NCBI GenBank assembly: GCA_965215005.1
Contig: CBDCCZ010000039.1
Span: 12,062-44,061, forward strand
DNA: 32,000 bases
Direction of reading: 5' to 3'
Source of the DNA: Kofleriaceae bacterium
GTDB lineage: Bacteria; Myxococcota_A; Polyangia; Haliangiales; Haliangiaceae
The notes below the pieces were generated by a model. It saw nothing but the letters and a program-made list of their open reading frames with translations, had not been told where the DNA came from and ran no database searches. The translations under genes were made by a program, and so were the position numbers. Positions 1-9,453 of this stretch are shown here, in pieces; the first letter of the stretch is position 1; the number at the start of each line of letters is the position of its first letter.

Positions 1-875
<875 letters not shown>

Positions 876-881
876 TCATAA

Positions 882-3800
882 TCATTCCGGCCATTTACAG
901 TTCGTGGCACCCAACTGCTCAGCCTTCGCGGTGGCGCCCATACAGCGGTACGCGCGCCGCGCATCGTCCCAGGCTGCAGTCGCCTGCTCGCCCAGACGCT
1001 CGCGCACGCGCGCCAGTTGCTCGCTGGCCAGCGCCTCCCAACGCGGCAGCTGATACATCCGTGCCGTGGCTACAGCCGCAGCCGCGCGTCGCGCCGCGAG
1101 CCGCGGCCGCCCGTAGATTCGCGCTCGCTCGCCGCGAAGCATTAGCGCGCAGGCTGAAAAATTGGCTGGACTGCTTCGCGCGATGCTGTCGACATAGCGA
1201 CAGGCCCCATTGACCACCGCCGTGAGCCGACGACGGCGCCAAAACGACGCCTCGGCGAACAGCGCCGCCGCGATGAGCCCGCGAAACACGAAATGCTCCG
1301 CGAGCGATGGATTGGAGAAGAACAGCCGACGGCGCTGATGGGCGTGTTGGCTCCAGTGCCAGGCTGTCGTGTAGTCGCCCGTCAAGAAGCGTTCCGCCGC
1401 GATCAGCACGGCGCTGTAGGCATCGCAAATCGGCGCCTGCGCCGCGGTCACAGAAGCACGCAAGTCCTCGATGGTGGCCGGCACCGCCGCCCCACGCACC
1501 ACCGGTAATGCAGTGCCGCGGAGGGTGCTGCAAAGCCATAGCTGCGCTAGCAAGCATGCCAGTAGATCGTGCTCGGGCCGGCGCAGCACCATGGAAAGTC
1601 GCCGCAGCGCATCGTCTTGCACCATCGCTAGATCGCTGCCACGAAACAGCTGCAAAGCGATATCGCACGCTGCCGTGTAACAGACATACATGAAGTCGCC
1701 AACCCGCAGCGCGCGTTGGTAACCCGCATCGACCAACGCCTCGGCATCCTCGTACGTACCTACCCAGGGAGCGATGTAGTAGCCCATCGCGAACTCGAGG
1801 CGCGCGCGCAGCGCTTCGTCATCAACCCGCTCGCATAGGCGGAACGCCAGCTCTCCGTATCGGGCAGCGGTGCGATAGGCCCTCATGGCACCTGAAAGCA
1901 CCACGCCGATGCCGACAAATCCCCAGGGGGTCTCGCTGCACGCACCGTGCTCGAGTCCGATGTTGGCGATGCGCAGGAGAATCACCGACATCAGCTCTGG
2001 GTCCACCTGGTGGGCGGCTACCGTCATTGCCATGAGAATGCTCGAGGCGGCCCGTTTTTGCGCATTGACGCAAGTCGGCATTGCGACCAGCTCGCCGTCG
2101 GTAAGCCGCCGCCTGCGCCAGCGAAACCGCGCCAACTCGCGCAGCACCGCCGCCGAGCTGCCGCGCTGCGGAATGCGTTCGCCGAGCAGCGCCAGCGCTT
2201 CCCGGCCCACCGCGAGGGCTTGCGCGTTTTGCGTCCAGTTGGTGTCGAGCACGACCCGCCGCTCGTATAGATCCGCTTTGGTGAGCACATCGCGGCTGCG
2301 CTCGAGACCAAGCTCGAAGAGCGCGCGTGAAGCCTCGGTATCGCCACGGAAGTGCTCGATTTCCATCCGCGTGGCCAAGATCGCTAGTGACAGGCCGGGC
2401 ACGCTTTCCCAGCTATCACCAGGCAAGAGCTCTTCGGCGATTGCCAGATGCATTGCCGCGGTGTCGTAAGCGGTGGAGCGCTTGGCGGCGCGAGCGGCAC
2501 GCCAGTTGAGATCGGCGGCGCGCAGCCGTTCGCGCCCGGCAAGGGCATCGCGGGCCAGGTTCCAGTGTCGACAGATGCTGAACGCATGGACATCGAGCTC
2601 GGTGGCGTGGCGCTCGTAGAGCAGTCGCCCCAGGGTCAGATGCATAGCCGGCCGCTGTCTGGCCGCCATGCGCGCACTGCCACCGGCGATGGCGTGCTCG
2701 ACCGTCTCGCGAACCCGATCGTGATAGGCCTCGGCCAGCACGCCCGTGGGGCTTGCCTCCAGCGACACCAGCCGGGCCACGCGCAGTAGATCGAGCCAAC
2801 GCAGGCATTCCGCCGGGGTCTGCTCGGCGGCCGCCGCCACGATGTCGGCAACCACCGGAACTCCGGCCAGCGCGACGATCTCCAGAACCCGCTGCGCTGG
2901 CAACTCGAGCGATGCGATGCGCCGACCGAGTACCTCTTCGAGGCTCAGCGGTGAGCCAACGCCGCCGCGAACGTAGAACTGCAGTAGCTCGTGCAGGAAC
3001 AGCGGATGCCCTTCGGCCTCGCGGGGCAGCGCGCGCAGGACCGCCTGTGCAGCCCCACCCGGATGCAGCGCTTCTAGGAGCTCGCGCGACTGCCGTTCGC
3101 TGAGACCACCAAGAACGAGGTGGCGTGTGCGTGCGCGCGTACGTGAAAAGCGGTCACTACTGCTCGAGGTCACCGAGGAATCGAGCGGTCGTGCCGTCGC
3201 GATGAGCAGCACGGGCACCGGCTCATCGCTACACCACAGTTCCTCGAGCAGCGCCAAGCTATCGTCGTCTGCCCATTGCAGATCATCGATACCAACTAGG
3301 ACCTGCCGCTCACCGGCGAGCGTGCGCAAAAGGCTCTTGAGGGCTCCAAACGCGCGAATTCGTAGCTCGGAATAATTGGCCAATGCTGACAACTCAGAAA
3401 CATCCGGGGGACTCGGCGAGACGTTTCGCAGCACCGGGAATGCAGTGAGAAGGGCCTCGAGATCGGGCGGCAACACCGCGGCCAGCTCGATGGCATCGAG
3501 CGCGCCGAGCCATTGGCTCAAATCGTCGATGGCGCCGTCGAATGCTTTGAACGGCAAGGCCTCTTGCTCGTAGCAACGACCTCGCAGTACCAACGCGCCG
3601 ACCCCCGCATGCTGTTCGAGAAACTGCTCCATAAGAGCGGTCTTGCCCAATCCGGCGGCGCCTTCGATCAAGAACGCCGCGGTGCGGCCACTGGCGATCT
3701 CCGCAAGGCCGCTAGCCAGCGCCGCGAGCTCGGGTTCGCGACCGACGAACGGCTGACTGCCTCGCTCTGGCGGTCGCACTTCATGCGCGGAAGCCGTGGG

Positions 3801-4832
3801 TCCCGCGGCTTCGCCTAGCCGCGCAAGAATGGCCTCGGCATCGAGTCGCTGCGCAGGGTCGCGACGCAACAGCTGGACGCATAGCGAGCTGAGATCAGCT
3901 GGCGCATCGGGCGCATAGAACACCGGCGGCAACGGCTCACTTTGTTGCTTGGCGCGCAACACGCTCGCGGAGTGGCCGCGATGGGGGCGAAAGCCGACCA
4001 GTGCTTCGAACAACATCACGCCGAGCGCATAGAAATCGCTGGCGGGACCGAGCGCGGCCCCGGCGGCCTGCTCCGGCGCCATGTAAGCAACCGTCCCCTG
4101 CACCGCGTCACTAGTGCGGATAGCGGCACTGCCGAGGTCGGCAACGAGACCGAAGTCCAGCAGCACGGCGCGGCCTGTCGCATTGATCAAGACGTTGGAG
4201 GGTTTGACGTCGCAGTGGACACGGCCGGTTTCATGCACCGCGACGAGCCCGCGCACCAGCTGCGGCAGAACCGCGCGCAATCGAGACTCATCGAGAGTGC
4301 CGAGCGGCTGGCGAGGCGCTCCCGCCGGACTCTCCAGCTTGCTGGTCTCGAGGGTCTCTTCGCCGCTGGCGTCAACGAGGGCGGTGGCCTCACCATGCTC
4401 GTAGCTCGACGCGACAGCTTGCACGCCCGAGCGCACGTAGCGGAGGAAGCTCACGCCCTCCAAGAGCTCCATAGTGAAGAAGACTTCTTCTCCGTAGCGA
4501 TGAAGCTCGTGTAGACGCACGAGGTTTTCGTGCCGCAGGTCCGTCAATGCGCGAAACTCCCGCTTGAGAGCTAACAGGCGCTCACCGGTGAACTTGCGCA
4601 GGGTCTTGAGTGCCACCAACGACTGGAGGCGGCGGTCGAAGGCCTCGTAGACCAGACCGAAGCCGCCGCGGCCGAGCACGCGGCGCACGACGAAGCGCTC
4701 GCCTAGAACGGGCAAATCGGGCGAAATGGAAGTTTCGAGGCTGCTCTTGCTGGTGGGAATCGCGCGCCTCCCGGTCGTCTTGACGAGCGGGTTGGGAGTA
4801 CTGCAAGTGCACTGGCAGTGCACGTTCCTCAC
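882..4832 (-). CDS. Ser/Thr protein kinase fused to an AAA/STAND-type NTPase and a ~700-aa helical-repeat (TPR-like) C-terminus
   Basis: ORF track 882..4832. The kinase motifs occur in order: LGRGGFGLVY (Gly loop), VALKTL (Lys), HCDVKPSNVLI (catalytic loop, Cys where the RD arginine normally sits), LLDFG, YMAPEQ. They are followed by FVGREPELAAL...IEGAAGLGKTAL (Walker A) and VLVGIDDLQWAD (Walker B), the pattern of AAA_16/MalT-like STAND modules. The true start may be TTG at 4715 (MPVLGERFVV...), because codons 3-9 of the long ORF coincide with a perfect palindrome. Confidence 0.85.
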   Translation of the reverse strand: MRNVHCQCTCSTPNPLVKTTGRRAIPTSKSSLETSISPDLPVLGERFVVRRVLGRGGFGLVYEAFDRRLQSLVALKTLRKFTGERLLALKREFRALTDLRHENLVRLHELHRYGEEVFFTMELLEGVSFLRYVRSGVQAVASSYEHGEATALVDASGEETLETSKLESPAGAPRQPLGTLDESRLRAVLPQLVRGLVAVHETGRVHCDVKPSNVLINATGRAVLLDFGLVADLGSAAIRTSDAVQGTVAYMAPEQAAGAALGPASDFYALGVMLFEALVGFRPHRGHSASVLRAKQQSEPLPPVFYAPDAPADLSSLCVQLLRRDPAQRLDAEAILARLGEAAGPTASAHEVRPPERGSQPFVGREPELAALASGLAEIASGRTAAFLIEGAAGLGKTALMEQFLEQHAGVGALVLRGRCYEQEALPFKAFDGAIDDLSQWLGALDAIELAAVLPPDLEALLTAFPVLRNVSPSPPDVSELSALANYSELRIRAFGALKSLLRTLAGERQVLVGIDDLQWADDDSLALLEELWCSDEPVPVLLIATARPLDSSVTSSSSDRFSRTRARTRHLVLGGLSERQSRELLEALHPGGAAQAVLRALPREAEGHPLFLHELLQFYVRGGVGSPLSLEEVLGRRIASLELPAQRVLEIVALAGVPVVADIVAAAAEQTPAECLRWLDLLRVARLVSLEASPTGVLAEAYHDRVRETVEHAIAGGSARMAARQRPAMHLTLGRLLYERHATELDVHAFSICRHWNLARDALAGRERLRAADLNWRAARAAKRSTAYDTAAMHLAIAEELLPGDSWESVPGLSLAILATRMEIEHFRGDTEASRALFELGLERSRDVLTKADLYERRVVLDTNWTQNAQALAVGREALALLGERIPQRGSSAAVLRELARFRWRRRRLTDGELVAMPTCVNAQKRAASSILMAMTVAAHQVDPELMSVILLRIANIGLEHGACSETPWGFVGIGVVLSGAMRAYRTAARYGELAFRLCERVDDEALRARLEFAMGYYIAPWVGTYEDAEALVDAGYQRALRVGDFMYVCYTAACDIALQLFRGSDLAMVQDDALRRLSMVLRRPEHDLLACLLAQLWLCSTLRGTALPVVRGAAVPATIEDLRASVTAAQAPICDAYSAVLIAAERFLTGDYTTAWHWSQHAHQRRRLFFSNPSLAEHFVFRGLIAAALFAEASFWRRRRLTAVVNGACRYVDSIARSSPANFSACALMLRGERARIYGRPRLAARRAAAAVATARMYQLPRWEALASEQLARVRERLGEQATAAWDDARRAYRCMGATAKAEQLGATNCKWPE
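4807..4823. promoter_or_regulatory. 17-bp perfect palindrome GTGCACTG-G-CAGTGCAC between the small HTH gene and the kinase domain; candidate operator
   Basis: Read directly from the sequence: 8-bp arms are exact reverse complements around one central base. It lies inside the first codons of the longest kinase ORF, which there encode an implausible NVHCQCT. Confidence 0.35.
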
Positions 4833-4894
4833 GCAGAAATCGACACTCAGGACGCGCCTGCGCCGTGGCGGAGTGTCGAGCGCGGCGCTGGCGC

Positions 4895-5122
4895 TTACGC
4901 GCTCAGCTGTAACGCTTGCCGAACCTCGATGGGCCGCAGAATCGAATCATGGCGCTGCCGATCGATCCAATCCTCTAGATCGACCGCGTTGAGACGAACG
5001 ATGCCGCCGACTTTGAACACCGGGAGCGGGTCGCCCGAGCGTCGCGCCATGTACCGACACCAACGCTCCGAGCGGCCGATGGCGTAAGCAATTCCCTTCC
5101 AAGTCTCGACGTAGTTGTTCAT
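4895..5122 (-). CDS. Excisionase/AlpA-type helix-turn-helix small DNA-binding protein
   Basis: ORF track 4895..5140; the start at 5140 is GTG and an in-frame ATG lies at 5122. The sequence IAYAIGRSERWCRYMARRSGDPLPVFKVGGIVRLNAVDLEDWI fits the excisionase-family HTH pattern (HTH, then G-x-x-V/R-hydrophobic, then D-L-x-x-W-I/L). Confidence 0.7.
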   Translation of the reverse strand: MNNYVETWKGIAYAIGRSERWCRYMARRSGDPLPVFKVGGIVRLNAVDLEDWIDRQRHDSILRPIEVRQALQLSA

Positions 5123-5388
5123 CGCCGAGCCCGGTTGCACGGCGAGTGCCAGGAACTATCGACGCAGCGACCATCCTAAGCTATTGAAAAGACTAGCGGA
5201 TAAGCCGCCAGCGGCACGCGGTGGAACATCGGGTTACGGGGTCACCGGTTCGGTGTCACTGTGTCACCACACCGGCGCGGGTCGCTCCACAAGCGGCCCA
5301 CGCGTGGTCCACGAACGGAGGGAGTCGAGCGTCGGTCGATCCGCGTCGAGCTCCCTCGCGTGAGGCGCTGCAGTTTGCAGAGCCCGCT

Positions 5389-5838
5389 TTAAGCCTTGGT
5401 CCAGCGCGCACTTCCCGGGAACATGCCCTTCTTCCACCGGCCGCCGTCTTGCGCCACTTTCTTGAGCTTCTTTGACTGCAGGAGTTTCTGGCGAACCTGG
5501 CGCAAGAAGGTTTCCGGGCCGCCTTCAGCCGTCACGAGACTTTCGAGCTCTTTGCCAGTGTAGAGGGCACCGGGTTCCATTGAATCAAGGAGCTCTTTCC
5601 GCTTGTTCTCCCAGTACTCACGACCGCCGAAGAACTTGGTGCCCTTAGAGCGCGACTTTGCCGCGACGGGTGCTTGGCTGGATTTGGGAGGACGACCACG
5701 TCGCGGCCGTGGCGGTTCGGTCGGAGCCCCTCCGAGCTGGCTAACGAGCTGAGCCTTGAGCTCGTCGAGACGAGCCTGTGCTTCCTGCAGCTCGATCTGC
5801 TTTGCCTCGTATTCTTGCACTAGATCAGTGAGGTTCAT
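5389..5838 (-). CDS. Small (149 aa) protein with an N-terminal coiled coil, a canonical AT-hook (PRRGRPPKS) and a basic C-terminal domain
   Basis: ORF track 5389..5970. The first 44 codons (Cys/Arg/Trp-rich) look non-coding, so I call the start at ATG 5838 (MNLTDLVQEYEAKQIELQEAQARLDELKAQL, heptad-like). An RGRP core flanked by basic residues is the AT-hook motif. Confidence 0.6.
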   Translation of the reverse strand: MNLTDLVQEYEAKQIELQEAQARLDELKAQLVSQLGGAPTEPPRPRRGRPPKSSQAPVAAKSRSKGTKFFGGREYWENKRKELLDSMEPGALYTGKELESLVTAEGGPETFLRQVRQKLLQSKKLKKVAQDGGRWKKGMFPGSARWTKA

Positions 5839-5900
5839 TAGCGTTGGCTTAACACGTGATGGTCTAGATTGGCCACAGCGGCGACGACCCGAAGTTGCCG

Positions 5901-5914
5901 TTTTTTGCAAAAAA
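5901..5914. promoter_or_regulatory. Perfect AT-rich palindrome TTTTTTGCAAAAAA about 65 bp upstream of the AT-hook protein start; candidate operator/UP-like element
   Basis: Read directly from the sequence. It is a striking A/T tract in otherwise GC-rich DNA, in the 5' region of the minus-strand gene 5389..5838. Confidence 0.3.
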
Positions 5915-6662
5915 GTGCGGAATTGGCAAGTAGCGACCCAATACCGCAAACTGCAACGTAGGTGGTTCACGGCTCGGCAAGTGCGCCAGAGCAGCCACTA
6001 GCTCGCGCCGGGTGAGCCTTGAGGCACGATTTAGCCGCGCGATCGGGGTAAGGACGGCCGAGAAGCCCTCATCGAGGTCGATTCGGAGTCTCCCCCCATC
6101 CTTTGTTGCTTGTCTGGTCCGCCGCCACGGGATTGATGACGCTGAAATCCGCCGCCCCGAGGCGGGGCAAGGGCGGCAGATCTCCGCTGCTCACGTGCCT
6201 CCTTCGGCGTCTCCCCAAGCGATCGTTGCTTTGCTTAGCGGTTTGAGATTGCGCCGTAAACCACTAATCGTTCAAGACTGGGCAGCTTTTCCGCTGGGGT
6301 TCAGCACTAGACACGAAAATGCGGCGTCCACACTTAGACCTGCGGCGGTACAGAACGGCGACGAGATCTCGAGCGCTACGTCCCGGTAGCACGGCAGCGC
6401 GAACTTCACTGCGTCGGTTACGCAGCAGAAAGTTGCGCCGCCGCTGTGCTCAATTGCCAGCTCCGACCCGAACGGGGCGAGCGGCAGCGCCAGTAGCTGC
6501 GCTATTGGCCCGCGGCGAGATCGCGTAGCGCCTCGAGAGCGAGCGGATCGTCGTGATCTCCCAGTCGCCATGAATGCTGAACATGCCGAAGAACAGCATA
6601 TTGTGCAGTCCGTGCTCACGCCCGTGGTAACTGCGTCACGAAGCTATTGCGCACGGGCCTCC

Positions 6663-7060
6663 TTACCCGGCAGCCCCTTTCCAATAGCCATTGCCGGTAT
6701 ACCAGTTTTGATCGGCGCCGCACTCGCTGCAGGTGATCTGCTTAGCATCTCCATACTCGGCCATGTAGCTCTTAAGCTTGCCTATGGAGCCCTCGATGAC
6801 TTGGCCGCCATAGAGGTGGGTGCCGATGATGTCTGCGTAGTTGCCAAGCCTTCTGCCAGGAGCTGGCGCTTGTACTCCGTCCACGGCGAGTTCGCCGGGG
6901 TCGATTCGACGAGAATGCCCGCATCCACCGCCTTGATCGCTTCGTAGCAGACTTTCTGCATACGCACGGCTTGCGCTGTCGGCTGCGCGTTGCGCTGCCC
7001 GTCTCCCAAGCCTGTCGACTTAGCGAAATTCGGGAGCGATATTGCTCCGTTGAGCGTCAA
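6663..7060 (-). pseudogene. 5'-truncated, frameshifted remnant of a glycoside-hydrolase-like (TIM-barrel type) gene
   Basis: Two overlapping minus ORFs in different frames (6782..7060 and 6663..6884) read as one protein if joined near 6850: ...YEAIKAVDAGILVESTPANSPWTEYKRQLLAEGL | GNYADIIGTHLYGGQVIEGSIGKLKSYMAEYGDAKQITCSECGADQ... There is no plausible N-terminus, and the fragment abuts the transposase fragment at 7069. The hydrolase assignment is weak and rests on motif impression only. Confidence 0.4.
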
Positions 7061-7068
7061 GGGACCGG

Positions 7069-7490
7069 TTGCGTGGGCGTCGCGAGTGTGATCCGCTTGG
7101 GTCGATGGGGCCGAAGGACGTCCAGAAGCTATTCGAGACGATCTTGCACGATGATGCGATCCGGCACTTGGCCAGCGACACCAAATGGCAGGAACGGCAG
7201 CGAAAGCTCGACGCGGTCGCTTTTGTTCGGGCGATGGTGATAGCGGCGTCGACCGGGTACGGGGGTCGGCAAGCGGACGTGATGCGGCTCGACTTCGAGG
7301 CCGGTGGTGAGCGTGTGGTCAGGGGCGGCTTCATCGTTGGCTTGGTCCCGAACTGGAGCGCGTGATGAACGCGGTACGTGATCACTGGCGGCGCAGCCCC
7401 TCGATTTTGGATCAGCTGCGAGGCTGGAAAATCTCACCAGGAAGACCGAAGAAAGCCAGGGCGGCATCGGTGCGTAGGACCGCTAACTGA
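7069..7490 (+). mobile_element. IS4-family-like transposase N-terminal fragment, frameshifted and truncated (no DDE core present)
   Basis: ORF 7069..7365 gives LFETILHDDAIRHLASDTKWQERQRKLDAVAFVRAMVIAASTGYGGRQADVMRLDFE..VVRGG. It continues after a frameshift near 7325 as HRWLGPELERVMNAVRDHWRRSPSILDQLRG... to a stop at 7488-7490. This resembles the N-termini of IS4-type transposases as I recall them. No intact transposase or inverted repeats were identified. Confidence 0.5.
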
Positions 7491-8237
7491 TCAGGCACGT
7501 GGCAAGGACTCTACTGGTACAACGGTACAACGCCATCCCGCTTCAACGGGAGGAGTGGATCGCGGCGCTATCAGAGCAATTCGAACAGGTCCTTCAGGAG
7601 CATGAAGCCATCCGCGATCTGCTGGGCACAATTTAAAGGATGTTTCAGGAACTCCGCCGATCACCAAGAGCCTAGTAATCACTAGGTCGCCCTTCTGAGC
7701 CGATCCGTTCGATCAACTACGAGGTCTGCAACGCCTACAGCGCCGTGCGTGCGTGAAGTGTGCGATCACTGCACGTTTCTTCTAACGGCAATGAGGTAGC
7801 CAGCAGGAGCCGGCTCGCCGGCGATTCGACCGCCGCGCAGCGGCTTCGTTCAATAAACATTAGGGTTTACGGAGCCGCGTAGGCTGCACTCGTTCGGCGA
7901 GCGCCTGAATCCGAGCCGCCTGTGCGGTGTCATGTAGCGCGAAGGTGGGGCGTCACGTGTGAAGTAGGCCGGGCCGAACGTTCGCAAGGGCGGGCCATCG
8001 ACGCCTGCGGCTCGCTGCGACCGCTCACAAACGGGCCATTCACACTCAAAAGGCATCGACCCTCGCGGTTCCCGCGGCGGGGCGGCGGCCCACGAGGTCT
8101 CGAATGGTTGATACCGAGCGCAAGGATTGAGCCTGGGGAAGATGTTGGCGGTGAGGCGCTGCTGCGTCTCATGGCGCCCAAAGTAGTCGAGGTGGCACCG
8201 TAGCGGCAGTGTTTCGAACCCACGTGGCCGCCGCCCG

Positions 8238-9392
8238 CTACGCTTGACTTAGGAGCCGGGCAGAAGCCTTGACCAGGAAGTACACCCAGAGAGCGAGGAG
8301 GACCACCAGAAGCGGGCGCGAAGGAATTCCCAGAAGGTGTCTCGGCTTGCGCCACAACTTGTCCACGCCTTCACCCAGGAGAAGCGCAACCATAAGGTAG
8401 GCGACATACATGATGCGCGGCCGAACATACATGTACCCCAAGAGAGCATTCAGGGGCACCAAGAGCAGGAGCTCCGCCTTGCCCCGGGCCACCCCGGGCT
8501 GGAAGAGATACCAGCCGACCACGAGAGCAGTGCCGAAGGTCAAGACGACCATCGGTGCCCGAGCTAGCGGAAGGTCGAGCTGACCTTCGTGGGGTACCCA
8601 GAAGACGACGGAAAGGAAATTCGCTGCCACGTTATAGGCGTAAATGGATAGAGGGTTCGCACCGAATCTCGCCTGGAGCTCGCTGGGGCTGTACATGGCG
8701 TCCATGTAGCCGGTGGAGAACGCGAACGCTTGGGACTCCACGAAGGCGGCTCTGATGGCAAGGTAACTCACGGCAAGAACGGCCATCCCTCCCGCGAGCA
8801 GGAAGTGCCGGCGCCGGGCTGCGGCGAAGAATCCGTAGGCGGCTACTAGCAGGCCGCTCTCCTTGCTCAGTACGGCGAAAGCGGCTAGACCCATGAGCTT
8901 GGCTCCGCCTTGCCACGTGAGCCGCTCATCCTCGCCTACCACGCGGACCGCGAGGAGGAGGCACAACCCCACCATCAGGTCGGCGATGCCCACGGCGAAC
9001 GTGGTAACCCCAATGAAGAGGAAGGGAGATGCCAATAGACAGAGCGTAGCCGCCCAAGTCCCCAGTTCGCTGACACGGGGGCGGAGAAGACGTCCGGCGT
9101 AGGCGACGGTCGCAGCGACGAGCACGCCCTGGAGAACTCGTAAGGGAAGAGCGACCTGCCCAAACAGGTCCTGCGACGCCTTGACCAGAGTCACGACCAC
9201 GGGGCGATAGAAGAGCCCCATGAACGGGGAGGTCCAGAGCTCACTGTACCCCATGGCGGAAGCCCCCTCGATGATGCCGATATCGTCCGTGTGCAGGCCC
9301 ATGGGCAGGAGAAGTGCGATGAAGACGAACACCACAGCGACTTTGCCTGCTCTGCTCCAGGCGCCATGCCTGGCGAGCGCATCGGTTTTCAT
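8238..9392 (-). CDS. Polytopic membrane protein (~12-13 TM), candidate GT-C fold glycosyltransferase (ArnT/PMT-like)
   Basis: ORF track 8238..9428; I prefer ATG 9392 (MKTDAL...). It has many hydrophobic helices, a first loop with HTDDIGIIEG (acidic pair after TM1, as in GT-C enzymes) and an AVLSKESGLLV motif similar to PMT/ArnT-type proteins. At 385 aa it is shorter than typical family members. Confidence 0.65.
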   Translation of the reverse strand: MKTDALARHGAWSRAGKVAVVFVFIALLLPMGLHTDDIGIIEGASAMGYSELWTSPFMGLFYRPVVVTLVKASQDLFGQVALPLRVLQGVLVAATVAYAGRLLRPRVSELGTWAATLCLLASPFLFIGVTTFAVGIADLMVGLCLLLAVRVVGEDERLTWQGGAKLMGLAAFAVLSKESGLLVAAYGFFAAARRRHFLLAGGMAVLAVSYLAIRAAFVESQAFAFSTGYMDAMYSPSELQARFGANPLSIYAYNVAANFLSVVFWVPHEGQLDLPLARAPMVVLTFGTALVVGWYLFQPGVARGKAELLLLVPLNALLGYMYVRPRIMYVAYLMVALLLGEGVDKLWRKPRHLLGIPSRPLLVVLLALWVYFLVKASARLLSQA

Positions 9393-9453
9393 GTCGGGAC
9401 CTTTGCACGAAGCGCTGCAAGGCGACAAACCTCGCAGAGAAGCACAAAGCAGT

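Noticed and set aside
5880-5930. Possible sigma-54 promoter around TTGGCA/TTGCA near the AT-rich palindrome
   Set aside because: The GG-N10-GC spacing of the -24/-12 elements is not met on either strand.
5839-5970. Longest-ORF start (5970) for the AT-hook protein
   Set aside because: The extra 44 codons are Cys/Arg/Trp-rich and span the AT-rich palindrome. The ATG at 5838 begins a clean coiled-coil sequence.
5970-6660. Several short frames, e.g. a GGAGG-preceded GTG ORF of ~45 codons near 6210 (minus), an HTH-looking stretch ARLNRASRLTRRELVAALAHL (minus, about 5990-6060), and ORFs 6012..6389 (+) and 6272..6619 (-)
   Set aside because: The frames are mutually interrupted, lack starts or end after a few dozen codons. 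They are probably remnants of island genes, and nothing supports a call.
8190-8235. GGGTTCGAAAC on the minus strand resembling a tRNA T-loop, near the island; possible tRNA or att remnant
   Set aside because: The flanking bases cannot form a T-stem (CGTGG against ACACT), and no acceptor or anticodon arms are present. It is not a tRNA.
7850-8237. Open minus-strand frame (~125 codons, ...HLDYFGRHETQQRLTANIF...MPFECEW...) downstream of the membrane protein, and the + ORF 7922..8203
   Set aside because: There is no usable start for most of it, the composition is odd, and I recognise no motif. I treat it as non-coding or decayed DNA.
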